Shown here: piece by piece, positions 43,139 to 54,853 of the stretch
Numbering within the stretch: the stretch's first letter is position 1
Layout of the letters: every line of letters starts with the position of its first letter
Assembly (NCBI GenBank): GCA_016788495.1
Contig: JAEUOM010000030.1
Span: forward strand, 2,959 to 66,958
DNA: 64,000 nucleotides
Reading direction: 5' to 3'
Origin: Accumulibacter sp.
GTDB taxonomy: Bacteria > Pseudomonadota > Gammaproteobacteria > Burkholderiales > Rhodocyclaceae
Program-made: the position numbers and the translations under genes
The notes under the pieces: model-generated
Seen by the model: the letters and a program-made list of their open reading frames with translations, nothing else
What the model was told of the DNA's origin: nothing
Databases searched by the model: none

Positions 43139-44818
43139 TTAAGCCGCCTTCTTGGTCGCTTCGTCGCGCAACTCTCGGCGCAGGATCTTGCCGACGTTGG
43201 TTTTTGGCAGCTCGCTGCGGAATTCGACCTGACCCGGAACCTTGTAGCCGGTCAGATGCTCGCGGCAATGGGCGATCAGCACCTCCGCGGTCAGCGCCGG
43301 GTCCTTCTTGACCACGAAGATTTTCACCACCTCGCCGGACTTCTCGTGGGGAACTCCCACTGCCGCCACCTCAAGGACTCCAGCGTGCAGCGCCACCACG
43401 TCCTCGACCTCGTTCGGGTAAACATTGAAACCGGAGACGAGAATCATGTCCTTCTTGCGGTCGACAATGCGCACAAAACCCTTTTCGTCCATCACCGCAA
43501 TGTCACCGGTAAGGAGGAAGCCGTCCGGCATGATCACCTTCGCGGTTTCTTCCGGGCGGTTGTAGTAGCCCTTCATCACCTGCGGACCACGGATGCACAG
43601 TTCGCCACGCTCGCCGAGTGGCACGTCCATGCCCGCATCGTCGCGAATGGCCACCTCGGTCGACGAGATGGGAACCCCGATGGCACCGGTGTAAGCCGGG
43701 ATGTCCAGCGGATTGATGGTTGCTGCCGGGGAGGTTTCGGTGAGGCCGTAAGCCTCGATCAGCGGCTTGCCGGTAACCTGCTTCCATCGTTCGGCCACCG
43801 CCTTCTGCACCGCCATGCCACCGCCGAGCGTGACCTTGAGGTGGCCGAAATCGAGCGCGCAGAAGGCGTCGTTGTTCAGCAGCGCATTGAACAGCGTGTT
43901 GACACCTGTGATGACGGTGAAGGGATGCTTGGCAAGCTCGCCGACAAATCCGGGTATGTCGCGCGGATTGGCAATCAGCAGGTTACTGGCACCGATCTTG
44001 AAAAAGGTGAAGCAGTTCGCCGTCAGAGCAAAGATGTGATAAAGCGGCAAAGCCGTAACGACCATGTGCTGTTCGTCGCCAAGCGCTGGCTTGATCCAGG
44101 CGTGCGCCTGCGCCAGGTTCGCCAGGATATTGCGATGCACCAGCATCGCCCCTTTCGAGAGGCCCGTGGTACCCCCGGTATACTGCAGGAAGGCCAGGTC
44201 CTCTTGCTGCACGGCAACCGATTTCAGTTCGGCGGACGCGCCCTTACCGAGCGCAGTGCGGAAATTCACCGCCCGCGTCAGCGTCCAGGCGGGGACCATC
44301 TTCTTGACATACTTGACGACGAAGTTGACGACGGCCCCTTTGGGGAAGGGAAGCATGTCACCCAGACGAGCCACCACGATGTGCTTGACCGGAGTCCGCG
44401 CGACTACCTGCTCCAGCGTCACGGCGAAGTTCTCGAGAATGACGATCACCTCGGCGCCTGAGTCCTTCAGCTGGTGCTCGAGTTCGCGCGGCGTGTAAAG
44501 CGGGTTGACGTTGACCACGACGTAGCCAGCGCGCAGCGCGCCGAAGATGCAGATCGGATACTGCAGGACATTCGGCATCATCAGCGCCACGCGCGCGCCC
44601 TGGGGCAGCTTGAGGACCGATTGCAGGTAAGCGGCAAAATCCCGCGACAGCTTGTCGAGTTCGCCGTAGGTGATCTGCGCACCCATGCTGATATAGGCGG
44701 CGCGATCTCGATACTGGCCGACACTCTTCTCGAACAACTCGCCAAGCGACTGGAACTCGCTCAGGTCCACCTCGGCGGGCACACCCTTCTGATAGCTCTG
44801 CAGCCATATCTTTTCCAC
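43139..44818 (-). CDS. fadD: Long-chain-fatty-acid--CoA ligase
   Basis: [52 protein letters not shown]; AGGAGGAG RBS, GTG start. Confidence 0.93.
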   Translation of the reverse strand: MEKIWLQSYQKGVPAEVDLSEFQSLGELFEKSVGQYRDRAAYISMGAQITYGELDKLSRDFAAYLQSVLKLPQGARVALMMPNVLQYPICIFGALRAGYVVVNVNPLYTPRELEHQLKDSGAEVIVILENFAVTLEQVVARTPVKHIVVARLGDMLPFPKGAVVNFVVKYVKKMVPAWTLTRAVNFRTALGKGASAELKSVAVQQEDLAFLQYTGGTTGLSKGAMLVHRNILANLAQAHAWIKPALGDEQHMVVTALPLYHIFALTANCFTFFKIGASNLLIANPRDIPGFVGELAKHPFTVITGVNTLFNALLNNDAFCALDFGHLKVTLGGGMAVQKAVAERWKQVTGKPLIEAYGLTETSPAATINPLDIPAYTGAIGVPISSTEVAIRDDAGMDVPLGERGELCIRGPQVMKGYYNRPEETAKVIMPDGFLLTGDIAVMDEKGFVRIVDRKKDMILVSGFNVYPNEVEDVVALHAGVLEVAAVGVPHEKSGEVVKIFVVKKDPALTAEVLIAHCREHLTGYKVPGQVEFRSELPKTNVGKILRRELRDEATKKAA

Positions 44819-45090
44819 TGTTCTCCTCCTTTGGTTACCGTGTCTGTATTGGGACTGCCGCCATGCCTGCCACCAGATGCCTTGCAGCTCCTGCCTGCCT
44901 GCCAGACACGAGCGCCCCGATGAACGCAGCTTCCGGCAATTCTAAAGGATCCTGCGCTGCTGGCGCTGCCTGCATGCCCGTGATCGGCCGCGGCGGCGAA
45001 CGGGCGAAGGATCCCTTCTCAGCGTGCCTGGTCAACGCCGATCGCCGACACGCATGACGCCGCCGGAACCTGGTACGAGTGGCGGCCCGT

Positions 45091-45414
45091 TCAGCGTTCG
45101 AGGAACTGCAACTTGTCCGGCTTGTTGTTCCACTCGTCGGCATCCGGCAGAGCTTCCCGACGCTCGGAAATGACCGGCCAGACCTGCGCCAGCTCGGCAT
45201 TCAGCGCAATGAACCGGCGTTGAGTCTGCGGCACATCGTCCTCGGCGAAGATCGCTTCCGCCGGACACTCCGGGACGCACAAGGTGCAGTCGATACACTC
45301 CTCGGGATCGATCACGAGGAAGTTCGGCCCTTCATGAAAGCAGTCCACCGGACAAACGTCGACGCAATCCGTAAACTTGCACTTGATACAGTTCTCGGTA
45401 ACAACGTACGCCAT
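45091..45414 (-). CDS. fdxA: 7Fe ferredoxin (FdxA family)
   Basis: [26 protein letters not shown]. Confidence 0.93.
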   Translation of the reverse strand: MAYVVTENCIKCKFTDCVDVCPVDCFHEGPNFLVIDPEECIDCTLCVPECPAEAIFAEDDVPQTQRRFIALNAELAQVWPVISERREALPDADEWNNKPDKLQFLER

Positions 45415-45608
45415 GATCACGCTTCTGGAGATATGAGACGATGGCGACTATAGCGTAATTGCAGCCGTCGGGGCAGATGTACGGCTTCCCTTGCCGAGAT
45501 TTTTTCGCTAGCATTGGCTAGCTCGCCGACCGGAGTCGAGCTCTCTCCCTGGGCAGCCCCACCATCGCTCACCAAGCTCCCCACCCAAGATCCCGCAAGA
45601 GGCTTTCA

Positions 45609-45935
45609 ATGAACGAACACATCCAACACGTCACGGACGACAGCTTCGCTGGCGACGTATTGCAGTCGGCAGAACCGGTCCTGGTTGATTACTGGGCAGA
45701 ATGGTGCGGCCCGTGCAAGATGATTGCACCGCTGCTCGACGACATCGCCACTGACTATGCGGGCCGCCTGAAGGTCGTCAAGCTGAACATCGATGACAAC
45801 CAGAGGACACCGGCCAGCTACGGCATCCGTGGTATCCCGACGCTGATGCTGTTCAAGAACGGCAACGTCGAGGCGACCAAGGTGGGCGCTCTGTCGCGCG
45901 CGCAGTTGGTCACCTTCATTGACAGCAACCTGTAA
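45609..45935 (+). CDS. trxA: Thioredoxin 1
   Basis: [18 protein letters not shown]; upstream of rho. Confidence 0.96.
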   Translation: MNEHIQHVTDDSFAGDVLQSAEPVLVDYWAEWCGPCKMIAPLLDDIATDYAGRLKVVKLNIDDNQRTPASYGIRGIPTLMLFKNGNVEATKVGALSRAQLVTFIDSNL

Positions 45936-45952
45936 AGCCGCTACCCTCGCGG

Positions 45953-46132
45953 CCTGAAGGATTCGGGGGCAGACACGAGTCTCCCGCTCAAAGCCCCCGC
46001 CCAGCCAAGAGCCTTCAGGAATTCTCGCCTTTTCCAGCAATCCCAGCCGCCCTCTCTCGGCCGCTTCCGCACATCTCGGGTTGACCTGCGTGCGAGCGGC
46101 CGCCCGGTCATTCCCTCCTCTCTCTTCAGCAC
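45953..46132 (+). promoter_or_regulatory. rho leader: long hairpin plus C-rich tract, possible Rho autoregulatory element
   Basis: CCTGAAGG (45953) pairs with CCTTCAGG (46012); CGGGGGC pairs with GCCCCCG; pyrimidine-rich stretch up to the ATG. Confidence 0.45.
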
Positions 46133-47389
46133 ATGCAACTATCCGAACTCAAAGCACTACATGTCAGCCAATTGCTCGACATGGCGGTCAACAACAGCAT
46201 CGAGGGCGCCAACCGCTTGCGCAAGCACGAGTTGATCTTTGCTCTGCTGAAGAACCAGGCCCGCAAGGGCGAGAGCATCTTTGGCGACGGCACGCTCGAA
46301 ACCCTTTCTGACGGTTTCGGCTTCCTCCGCTCACCGGACACCTCGTACCTCGCCAGCACCGACGACATCTACGTCAGCCCGAGCCAGATCAGGCGCTTCA
46401 ACCTGCACACCGGAGACACCATCGAAGGGGAGATTCGTACGCCCAAGGAAGGTGAGCGTTACTTCGCCCTGGTCAAGGTCGACCGGATCAATGGCGAAGC
46501 GCCCGAGGCGTCAAAAAACAAGATTCTCTTCGAGAACCTGACGCCACTGCATCCGGCCGAGCACCTGGAACTCGAACGTGACATGCGCGGCGAGGAGAAC
46601 ATCACCAGCCGCATCATCGACATCATCGCGCCGATCGGCAAGGGGCAGCGGGGACTGTTGGTGGCCAGCCCGAAGAGCGGCAAGACGGTGATGATGCAGC
46701 ACATCGCGCACGCCATCACCAGCAATCACCCGAATGTCACGCTGATCGTCCTGTTGATCGATGAACGGCCCGAAGAGGTCACCGAAATGACCCGCTCGGT
46801 GCGCGGAGAAGTCGTTGCCTCGACCTTCGACGAGCCGGCGACGCGCCATGTACAGGTTGCCGAAATGGTCATCGAGAAGGCCAAACGCCTGGTCGAACAC
46901 AAGCGCGACGTCGTCATCCTGCTGGACTCGATCACCCGCCTGGCGCGCGCCTACAATACCGTCCAGCCGGCCTCCGGCAAGGTCCTGACCGGCGGCGTCG
47001 ACGCCAATGCGCTGCAGAAGCCGAAGCGATTCTTTGGTGCCGCGCGCAACATCGAGGAAGGCGGCTCGCTGACGATCATCGCCACCGCGCTGATCGATAC
47101 CGGCAGTCGCATGGATGACGTGATCTATGAGGAGTTCAAGGGCACGGGCAACATGGAAATCCACCTCGACCGGCGAATGGCGGAGAAGCGCGTCTATCCG
47201 GCCATCAACGTCAATCGATCCGGAACGCGCCGGGAAGAGCTGCTGCTGAAGCCGGACGTCCTGCAGAAGATGTGGATCCTGCGCAAACTGCTCTACAACA
47301 TGGATGATCTGGAAGCGATGGAATTCCTGCTCGACAAGATCAAGGCAACCCGCAACAACGCGGAATTCTTCGACTCCATGCGCCGCTGA
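46133..47389 (+). CDS. rho: Transcription termination factor Rho
   Basis: [48 protein letters not shown]. Confidence 0.98.
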   Translation: MQLSELKALHVSQLLDMAVNNSIEGANRLRKHELIFALLKNQARKGESIFGDGTLETLSDGFGFLRSPDTSYLASTDDIYVSPSQIRRFNLHTGDTIEGEIRTPKEGERYFALVKVDRINGEAPEASKNKILFENLTPLHPAEHLELERDMRGEENITSRIIDIIAPIGKGQRGLLVASPKSGKTVMMQHIAHAITSNHPNVTLIVLLIDERPEEVTEMTRSVRGEVVASTFDEPATRHVQVAEMVIEKAKRLVEHKRDVVILLDSITRLARAYNTVQPASGKVLTGGVDANALQKPKRFFGAARNIEEGGSLTIIATALIDTGSRMDDVIYEEFKGTGNMEIHLDRRMAEKRVYPAINVNRSGTRREELLLKPDVLQKMWILRKLLYNMDDLEAMEFLLDKIKATRNNAEFFDSMRR

Positions 47390-47588
47390 AGTGCCGCCAC
47401 AGTCGGCAGCAACGGCATTCGCGGTTGCCCGACGGGGACGGCGTAGCGGGCGCAACCAGGTGGTTGCGGCAGCCGATTGCAGATTGGGGAGAAATCGCGG
47501 ATAATTCGGCCTCGCGGAGACCACCGACCTCCCGGGCAACATCCATTTCCGCTGACCCGCCCGTTCCAACGTACCGGAAGAACAACAG

Positions 47589-47804
47589 ATGAAAGACAAG
47601 ATTCACCCCGCATACAACGAGATCACGGTGACCTGCTCCTGCGGCAACGTCTTCACCACCCGATCGACGATGAAGAAGGCACTGCACGTCGAGGTCTGCG
47701 CAGCCTGCCATCCCTTCTACACTGGCAAGCAGAAGATCATCGATACGGCGGGCCGGGTCGAGAAGTTCAATCAGAAGTATGGCGCCATGCGCAAGACGGC
47801 CTAG
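47589..47804 (+). CDS. rpmE: 50S ribosomal protein L31 (Zn-binding type)
   Basis: [25 protein letters not shown]. Confidence 0.97.
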   Translation: MKDKIHPAYNEITVTCSCGNVFTTRSTMKKALHVEVCAACHPFYTGKQKIIDTAGRVEKFNQKYGAMRKTA

Positions 47805-47827
47805 GTCGAGCGGCGGGGTCGACCAGG

Positions 47828-47857
47828 AAGGCAGCCCCCCGGCTGCCTTTTTCGTTT
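47828..47857 (+). terminator. Rho-independent terminator after rpmE
   Basis: AAGGCAGCC / GGCTGCCTT stem with C-rich loop, followed by T-rich tail. Confidence 0.8.
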
Positions 47858-47891
47858 CCGTCAGGCACACGCCTTCGGCCATAGCGCCAAG

Positions 47892-49556
47892 ATGCTGGGA
47901 CATGCGAAGCCGGCTCGTTTTCGGGGCCTCACTCTGCCGCCAGGCGGCTGGAGCCTCGCGGCCCTGCTCGCCCTTTATGTCCTGCCGGGCCTGATCGGCC
48001 ACGACCCGTGGAAGAACGACGACGCCGTGACCATTGGCGTCGTGCACGAGATGTTGTCGAGTGGCAACTGGCTGACCCCCGGACTCGCCGGCCGTCCCTA
48101 CCCGGACGCGCCCCTGTACTACTGGCTGGCGGCGAGCACCGGCTACCTGTCATCCTGGCTGCTACCGCTGCATGATGGCGTCCGCCTGGCCAGTGGCGTG
48201 TGCACCCTGTTGGCGCTTGCCTTCATTCTGCTCGCAGCCCGCGAACTGCATGGCCGCAGCGAGGCACCAGCGGCGCCGCTGCTGCTGGCCGGCAGCATCG
48301 GCTTCCTGTTCCACGCGCACGAGGCGCAGCCGATGCTGGCGACGCTGGCAGCGCATGCAGCCGCCTACTGGGGGCTGACGCAGCTCGAGCGGCGGCCAGG
48401 CCGTGGCGCCGTCGTCTTCGCCACGTCCCTCGGCCTTGGCCTGCTGACCAACGGCCTGACGGCGATGCTGCCCCTGCTGCCGGTCGCGGCCCTCGTCGCC
48501 TGGCGCGCCGAGAACCGGCAACGTGCCGTTCTCCTGCTGGCAGCCTCGCTGCTGCTGGCCACCCTTCCTGCCGCCGCCTGGCTCCTTGCCCTGTCCATCC
48601 GCGACCCGGCATATCTGGCTGCCTTCAGTATCGCCGAGCTGAGCCAGCTCCGCGGCACGGCACAACCCGGGCCACGGCTGCTGCGCCTCCTGCTCATGCT
48701 GCCCTGGTACGCATGGCCGGCTTTCCCGCTCGCCGCCTGGGCTCTCTGGGCAAGGCGCCGGCATCTGCGCGGCACGCCCCTTGCCCTGCCGATCTTCGCT
48801 CTCCTGTTCGCCCTGCCGACGATCAGCCTCTGGCTGGATGCCCGCAGTGCATCGGCGCTGCTGCTCCTGCCGCCGCTGGTGCTGCTGGCAGTGCCGGGCG
48901 TCAGCTCGCTGCGACGCGGCGCAGCCAACGCGTTCGACTGGTTCGGCATGATCACCTTCAGTATTCTGGCGCTGCTCGCCTGGCTCGGCTGGTGCGCCAT
49001 CGTCTTCGGCTGGCCGGCAAGCCTTGGCCGGCAGTCCCTGCGGCTGGCGCCCGGTTTCATCGCCCACTTCAGCCTCGTCGGTGCCGGCTTCGCCCTGCTG
49101 GCGACAGCCGCCTGGTGCTGGCTGATCGCCACCACGGCCCGCTCCCCGATGCGCGGCATCATGCACTGGATGGCCGGCCTGACGCTCTTCTGGCTGCTCG
49201 TCGCGGCGCTCTGGATGCCATGGATCGACCACATCAAGACCTATCGTCAACCAGCCGCGTCGCTCGCCAGGAACCTGCCGACGACTTACGGGTGCATCGC
49301 GAGCGTCAACGTGGCGGATCCCGTGCTCGCCTCGCTCGACTACTTCGAGGGAATACGCACGCTGCCGGCGGCATCACCTGCCGCCAGAAACTGCGAGCTG
49401 CGCTTGACCCATGGTTCGCCCAAGGACGGCGGTCTGACGACGGAAAGCGGCTGGCGAAAGATATGGCAGGGCGGGCGTCCGACCGATCGCCGCGAGAGCG
49501 AGAAGTTGCAGCTCTACCTGCGCGGTAGCCAGCGGGGCAGCGCCCCCGACTCCTGA
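47892..49556 (+). CDS. ArnT/GT39-like membrane glycosyltransferase
   Basis: GLIGHDPWKNDDA, WLTPGLAG, PLYYW, multiple TM, LRRGAANAFDWFG. Confidence 0.8.
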   Translation: MLGHAKPARFRGLTLPPGGWSLAALLALYVLPGLIGHDPWKNDDAVTIGVVHEMLSSGNWLTPGLAGRPYPDAPLYYWLAASTGYLSSWLLPLHDGVRLASGVCTLLALAFILLAARELHGRSEAPAAPLLLAGSIGFLFHAHEAQPMLATLAAHAAAYWGLTQLERRPGRGAVVFATSLGLGLLTNGLTAMLPLLPVAALVAWRAENRQRAVLLLAASLLLATLPAAAWLLALSIRDPAYLAAFSIAELSQLRGTAQPGPRLLRLLLMLPWYAWPAFPLAAWALWARRRHLRGTPLALPIFALLFALPTISLWLDARSASALLLLPPLVLLAVPGVSSLRRGAANAFDWFGMITFSILALLAWLGWCAIVFGWPASLGRQSLRLAPGFIAHFSLVGAGFALLATAAWCWLIATTARSPMRGIMHWMAGLTLFWLLVAALWMPWIDHIKTYRQPAASLARNLPTTYGCIASVNVADPVLASLDYFEGIRTLPAASPAARNCELRLTHGSPKDGGLTTESGWRKIWQGGRPTDRRESEKLQLYLRGSQRGSAPDS

Positions 49557-49587
49557 TCCGGCACGACTCAGCCGCGATTTCCTTTCG

Positions 49588-50133
49588 TTACGGCCGGATG
49601 AAATGCTCGCGGTAGTACTGCAGCTCGCCGATTGATTCACGGATGTCGGCCAGCGCAGTGTGATCGGCCTTCTTGACGAATCCCCTGGCGACCTCCGGTT
49701 TCCATCGTCGGCAAAGCTCCTTGAGCGTGCTGACGTCGAGGTTGCGATAGTGGAACCATGCCTCCAGCTGCGGCATGTAGCGCAACATGAAGCGCCGATC
49801 CTGGCCCACCGAGTTGCCGCACATCGGACTCGCACCCTGCGCCACATGCGCGCGCAGAAAATCGAGCGCTGCCGCTTCGACCGCCGCGTCGTCAAACAGC
49901 GACGCCCTGACCCGCTCGATCAACCCCGAACGACCGTGCGTCTTGCGGTTCCACTCGTCCATCGCGCCGAGACAGGAGTCGCTCTGGTGCACCGCCCACG
50001 CCGGCGACTCGGCAATCGTCACCAGCTGATCGTCGGTCACGACCATCGCCAGCTCGATGATGCGGTCCCGCTCGGGCTCGAGCCCGGTCATTTCCATATC
50101 CAGCCAGACGAGGCGATTGTCGGCCTGTGCCAT
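49588..50133 (-). CDS. orn: Oligoribonuclease
   Basis: [43 protein letters not shown]. Confidence 0.96.
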   Translation of the reverse strand: MAQADNRLVWLDMEMTGLEPERDRIIELAMVVTDDQLVTIAESPAWAVHQSDSCLGAMDEWNRKTHGRSGLIERVRASLFDDAAVEAAALDFLRAHVAQGASPMCGNSVGQDRRFMLRYMPQLEAWFHYRNLDVSTLKELCRRWKPEVARGFVKKADHTALADIRESIGELQYYREHFIRP

Positions 50134-50177
50134 ATAATCCCACTTGAACCGCGAAAGCGCCATTGTGTCACAACCGC

Positions 50178-51416
50178 ATGCCAAACGCCTTCTCCCTTTC
50201 CTTCATCTCCGCCCTGCTGCTGATGTGTGGCTGCCGACTCTGGCTGGCGCGACGCCAGGCTGCCTGCGTCATGGCACACCGGGCGGCGGTCCCCGCCGGC
50301 TTTGCCGGCCGGATCGAACTCAAGGCGCATCAGAAGGCGGCAGACTACACGCTGGCGCGTAGCCACTTCGGCCGTGTCTGCTTGGTCGTCGAGGTTTTCC
50401 TCCTGCTGCTGCTCACTTTCGGCGGCGGCCTGCAGGCCATCCACGACTTCTGGTCACCGCGCCTCGGCGGCCTGGCCTATGGCGTTGCCCTGATCCTCAG
50501 CGTCGTCCTGATCTCGGCCGTGGTCGACCTGCCGCTGACGCTGTACCGGCAGTTCGTCATCGAAGAGCGCTTTGGCTTCAACCGGATGACCGCGACCCTT
50601 TTTCTCGCCGACCTGGCCAGACAGGCCGTGCTCGGACTGGTCATCGGCACCCCCGCGCTGCTCGCGGTGCTCTGGCTGATGGAACGGATGGGGCCGTGGT
50701 GGTGGTTCTACGTCTGGCTCTTCTGGTGCGCGTTCAATCTCCTCCTGCTGTTGGTGTACCCGACCTGGATCGCGCCTTTGTTCAACAAGTTCTCACCCCT
50801 CGACGACGCCGGTCTCAGGGCGCGCATCGAGGCACTGCTCGCGCGTTGCGGCTTTGCCAGTTCCGGGCTCTTCGTCATGGACGGCTCGAAGCGATCCAGC
50901 CACGGCAACGCCTACTTCACCGGCTTTGGCCGCAGCAAGCGGATCGTCTTTTTCGACACCCTGCTCACCCGCCTGCAACCGGGCGAGGTCGAAGCCGTTC
51001 TGGCACACGAACTCGGACATTTCCGGCACCGCCACGTGGTCAAGCGGATGATCATGCTGTTCGCCGTCTCGCTCGCCATGCTTGCCGTTCTCGGCCAACT
51101 GATCGACGCCGAATGGTTCTTCCACGGGCTTGGCCTGCGCGAGGGAAACACGGCCCTTGGACTGCTGCTGTTCTTTCTCGTCGGCCCGGTGTTCACCTTC
51201 CTGCTGACACCTTTGCTCAGCCTGCTGTCACGCCGCGACGAGTACGAAGCCGATCGCTACGCCGCGGCGAATGCCTCGGCAAGCGAGCTGGTCGCAGCGC
51301 TGGTGAAACTCTACGAAGACAATGCGGCCACCTTGACCCCGGACCCGTTACACTCGCTTTTTTATGACTCACATCCACCCGCTGCGCTGCGCATCGCGCG
51401 CCTGCAGCGAACATGA
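50178..51416 (+). CDS. M48 (Ste24-like) metallopeptidase
   Basis: [34 protein letters not shown]. Confidence 0.93.
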   Translation: MPNAFSLSFISALLLMCGCRLWLARRQAACVMAHRAAVPAGFAGRIELKAHQKAADYTLARSHFGRVCLVVEVFLLLLLTFGGGLQAIHDFWSPRLGGLAYGVALILSVVLISAVVDLPLTLYRQFVIEERFGFNRMTATLFLADLARQAVLGLVIGTPALLAVLWLMERMGPWWWFYVWLFWCAFNLLLLLVYPTWIAPLFNKFSPLDDAGLRARIEALLARCGFASSGLFVMDGSKRSSHGNAYFTGFGRSKRIVFFDTLLTRLQPGEVEAVLAHELGHFRHRHVVKRMIMLFAVSLAMLAVLGQLIDAEWFFHGLGLREGNTALGLLLFFLVGPVFTFLLTPLLSLLSRRDEYEADRYAAANASASELVAALVKLYEDNAATLTPDPLHSLFYDSHPPAALRIARLQRT

Positions 51417-51444
51417 AGACGACCGACGACGACGAGGCCGAGTG

Positions 51445-51786
51445 ATGTCAGGTGAACAGGATCTCGCAGCTGAACACTGCCGCCCGCTGCGCGGCACGCA
51501 ACACGCCATCGACCCGACGCAGGCGGCCGCGTTGCTCGCCCACCTGCCGGGCTGGCAGATTGACGCGACCGGCGTTCTGCGAAAGGAGTTCGGCTTCAGC
51601 AGCTACACCGCCGCCATCCTTTTCGTCAACGTGCTCGCCGGACTGGCGGAGCGCGAGAATCACCACCCCGACCTCGAGGTCGGCTATGGCCGCGTCCTCG
51701 TTCGCTACAGCACGCACGACGTCGGCGGGCTGTCGCGCAATGACTTCGTCTGCGCGGCCAAGGTCGAGGCACTGGCAAGGATTTGA
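51445..51786 (+). CDS. phhB: 4a-hydroxytetrahydrobiopterin dehydratase
   Basis: AERENHHPDL, THDVGGLSRNDFVCAAK. Confidence 0.9.
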   Translation: MSGEQDLAAEHCRPLRGTQHAIDPTQAAALLAHLPGWQIDATGVLRKEFGFSSYTAAILFVNVLAGLAERENHHPDLEVGYGRVLVRYSTHDVGGLSRNDFVCAAKVEALARI

Positions 51787-52649
51787 CGGTAGCCGGAACG
51801 GTCGTCGCCGCCTACGGGCGACAGTATCGCGTCGAGTTGGCCGACGGAGCAACCGTGCTCTGCGTGCCGCGTGGCAAGAAGAGCGAGCTGGTCTGCGGCG
51901 ACAGCGTATTGGTCCTCAAGCTCGACTCGGAACAAGGAGTGATCGAGTCGCTCACAGCAAGGCAAAGCCTGCTCTATCGATCGGACTCGGGCCGCGAGAA
52001 ACTCATCGCGGCAAACGTGACGCAGATCGTCATCGTCGTCGCAACCGACCCGCCCTTTACGGACGAGTTGATCACCCGTTGCATCGTCGCTGCCGAAAGC
52101 CAGGGGATCGGCGTCCTGATCGTCCTCAACAAGTGCGATCTCGCAGACCGCCTGGCAGCAGCGGCAGCCATCCTCGCGCCGTACGAGAGACTCGGCTACC
52201 GCGTGCTCAGGCTGACGGCACGCCAGGATGCAAGTCCGCTTGCGGAGCACCTGTCGCATCACCTGAGCCTGCTGATCGGACAGTCCGGCATGGGCAAATC
52301 CACGCTGATCAATGCCCTGATCCCGGACGCCCGCGCCCGCACCAGGGAGATTTCACATGCACTGCACAGCGGCAAGCACACCACGACGCACGCACGCCTC
52401 TACCGCCCGAGCCCGCAATCGGCACTCATCGACTCACCCGGACTGACCGCTTTCGGGCTGCACCACCTGTCGTCCGACGAGATCGCCGAAGCGTTCGTCG
52501 AGCTGCGCCCGCTACTCGGCAGTTGCCGGTTCCGCAACTGCCGCCACGACCGCGAGCCGGATTGCAGCGTACAGGCCGCGCTGTCCCGCGGGGAAATCGA
52601 TCCCCGCCGCTTCGCCGCCTTTCGCGCACTCTGTACCGGAATCGACTGA
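51783..52649 (+). CDS. rsgA: Ribosome small subunit-dependent GTPase A
   Basis: NKCD, GQSGMGKSTLIN, GKHTTT, DSPG, CRFRNCRHDREPDC. Confidence 0.95.
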   Translation: MTVAGTVVAAYGRQYRVELADGATVLCVPRGKKSELVCGDSVLVLKLDSEQGVIESLTARQSLLYRSDSGREKLIAANVTQIVIVVATDPPFTDELITRCIVAAESQGIGVLIVLNKCDLADRLAAAAAILAPYERLGYRVLRLTARQDASPLAEHLSHHLSLLIGQSGMGKSTLINALIPDARARTREISHALHSGKHTTTHARLYRPSPQSALIDSPGLTAFGLHHLSSDEIAEAFVELRPLLGSCRFRNCRHDREPDCSVQAALSRGEIDPRRFAAFRALCTGID

Positions 52650-52671
52650 CCCGCCACGAGGGAGCCTTCGC

Positions 52672-52950
52672 ATGAGCGACATCATGATCCGCCGCCGCCA
52701 CGGCAAGAGTCTCACCGAGGCACGCGCCTCGGCCGAACACATGGCGGCCGAGTTGAACGAGGAATTCGACCTCAGCTATTCGTGGAGCGGTGACGTCATG
52801 CGCTTCAAGCGGCCCGGTGTCGCCGGAGACCTGGCGGTCGACGAGCACGAAGTCGCCCTCAACATCCGCCTGGGATTCCTGCTCTTTGCCCTCAAACCGA
52901 CGATCGAGCGCGAGATTCACCGCTTCTTCGACGAGAACTTCCCCGTCTGA
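52672..52950 (+). CDS. Polyhydroxyalkanoic acid system family protein (PHA_gran_rgn)
   Basis: MSDIMIRRRH, WSGDVMRFKRPGVAG, LGFLL..IEREI. Confidence 0.85.
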   Translation: MSDIMIRRRHGKSLTEARASAEHMAAELNEEFDLSYSWSGDVMRFKRPGVAGDLAVDEHEVALNIRLGFLLFALKPTIEREIHRFFDENFPV

Positions 52951-52983
52951 AGTGGCGCCGAAACTGCTCGCTCGGGCAATGGC

Positions 52984-53244
52984 TCAGCCTGCCCGCAACT
53001 GCTCCACCAGAGCGATGTACCGTTGCATCGCTTCTTCGCCCGTCGTGCCCTTCAGTGCTGCCCAGGCATCGAACTTGGCACGACCGACCATGTCGGTGAA
53101 GCCCGGACGCCTGCCGGTGGCGTCGCCTTCGCTGGCCTGCTTGTAGAGCGCGTACAGCTTCAGCAGGGTGGCGTTGCCGGGGCGCTCGGGCAGTGTCTTG
53201 GAATTGGCCACGGCGGCCTCGAACTGCGCTGTCAGGTCACTCAC
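52984..53244 (-). CDS. Acyl-CoA-binding protein (ACBP)
   Basis: LLKLYALYKQASEGD, RAKFDAW, EEAMQRYI; GTG start after GGAG. Confidence 0.92.
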   Translation of the reverse strand: MSDLTAQFEAAVANSKTLPERPGNATLLKLYALYKQASEGDATGRRPGFTDMVGRAKFDAWAALKGTTGEEAMQRYIALVEQLRAG

Positions 53245-53320
53245 ACTGGTTTCTCCGGTTGATGATCGGTTGCAACGGCTTGCTATTATATGGTCTTGAA
53301 TTTTCTCCGGGGCCCCCGCG

Positions 53321-54832
53321 ATGACCGCGCGCGAAAGAGTCTCCAGCGTCGACACGGCATGGCTGCGAATGGATCGCCCAGAGAACCTGATGCAGATCCT
53401 GGGCATCATGGTCTGCAGCGGCCGCATCGATGACGAGCGACTGAAGCGAACGGTTGCCGGACGCCTCCTGCACTACCGCCGCTTTCGGCAGATCGTCCGT
53501 GAGGACACGGATGGCGCTTGGTGGGTGGACGATGCGGACTTTGCCATCGAAGCGCATGTTCGCCGTTCGCTCCTGCCGCCGCCCGGCGGCAAACATGAAC
53601 TGCAGAATTTCGTCGCCGAGATGGCGAGCACGCCGCTCAACCCGGCACGGCCACGCTGGGAGTTCAACGTCGTGGAAACGGCTGACGGCAACTCGACCAT
53701 CGTCATCCGCATCCACCACGCCATCGCCGACGGCATCGCCCTCATCGGCGTCATCGACTCGCTGACCGATGACCAGGCCGATGCACCGACGAACGGTGGG
53801 CTGTCGGCGGCAGAGCCGGCCGAACGGCCGGCGTGCCGGCAGCGCGACTCCGACGGCGGCACGGGCGGCGGTTTCTGGCGCTCGGTGATCGATCCGCTCG
53901 CCGATGTGGCGCAGGCTTCGTTGAATCTCGGTGGCAATCTCTGGGGCCAATACCTGGAACTGCGCCGCGATCCGGCAGGTCTGCTCGATTACGCCAGCGT
54001 TGCCCGGGCCGTTGCCGAGGACATTGGCAGGCTCGCCCTGATGCCCGATGACACACCTACCCGATTCAAGGGAAAGGCGGGCACCGTCAAACGCGTCGCC
54101 TGGTCTGAACCGCTGCCGCTGGCGGAGATCAAGGCCGTCGGACGGGCGCTCGCGTGCTCGGTCAACGACCTGCTGCTCGCCTCGGTCGCCGGCGCCATGC
54201 GCAGCTATCTGGTCAACCAGGGCGATGCCGTCGAAGGGGCCGAGATTCGCGCCATGGTGCCGGTCAACCTGCGGCAACCGGGTGACCGCGAGGAACTTGG
54301 CAACCGCTTCGGTCTGGTCGCGCTCGAGTTGCCGCTCGCCAGCGACAACCCGCTCGCCCGCCTCCACGCAACGCGCGCCAGAATGGCCGCACTGAAGTCC
54401 TCGTATCAGGCGATGCTGACCTTTGCCCTGCTCGGCGCCGCCGGCATGGCACCGAGGTTCGTCGAGGAGCAGATCCTCAAGCTGCTGACCAGCAAGACGA
54501 CGGCGGTGATGACCAACGTACCGGGGTCGCCGCAGGCGCGCTTCCTAGCCGGCTGCAGGATCGAACAGCAACTGGCATGGGTGCCGCAGGCCGGCGACAT
54601 CGGCATCGGCGTCAGCATCCTGTCCTACCACGGCAGCGTCCAGTTCGGCCTCATCAGCGACCGGAACATGGTCGACGATCCGCAACTGATTGCCGACCAG
54701 TTCGGCCGCGAATTCGAGAAGCTCCTGTGGCTGGCACTGCTCGAGACTCCGGATCGGCTGGCCGATCCGCTGCTCGTGGCACACGACGTGCTGACCCTGA
54801 GCAGCATGAACCGCGGTCACGAATCTGCCTGA
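53321..54832 (+). CDS. Wax ester/triacylglycerol synthase (WS/DGAT) O-acyltransferase
   Basis: VDTAWLRMD, PLNPARPRW, HHAIADG catalytic motif, SVNDLL, VPVNLR, LGN, TNVPG. Confidence 0.93.
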   Translation: MTARERVSSVDTAWLRMDRPENLMQILGIMVCSGRIDDERLKRTVAGRLLHYRRFRQIVREDTDGAWWVDDADFAIEAHVRRSLLPPPGGKHELQNFVAEMASTPLNPARPRWEFNVVETADGNSTIVIRIHHAIADGIALIGVIDSLTDDQADAPTNGGLSAAEPAERPACRQRDSDGGTGGGFWRSVIDPLADVAQASLNLGGNLWGQYLELRRDPAGLLDYASVARAVAEDIGRLALMPDDTPTRFKGKAGTVKRVAWSEPLPLAEIKAVGRALACSVNDLLLASVAGAMRSYLVNQGDAVEGAEIRAMVPVNLRQPGDREELGNRFGLVALELPLASDNPLARLHATRARMAALKSSYQAMLTFALLGAAGMAPRFVEEQILKLLTSKTTAVMTNVPGSPQARFLAGCRIEQQLAWVPQAGDIGIGVSILSYHGSVQFGLISDRNMVDDPQLIADQFGREFEKLLWLALLETPDRLADPLLVAHDVLTLSSMNRGHESA

Positions 54833-54853
54833 GCCAGCCGCGAACCTTCTGCA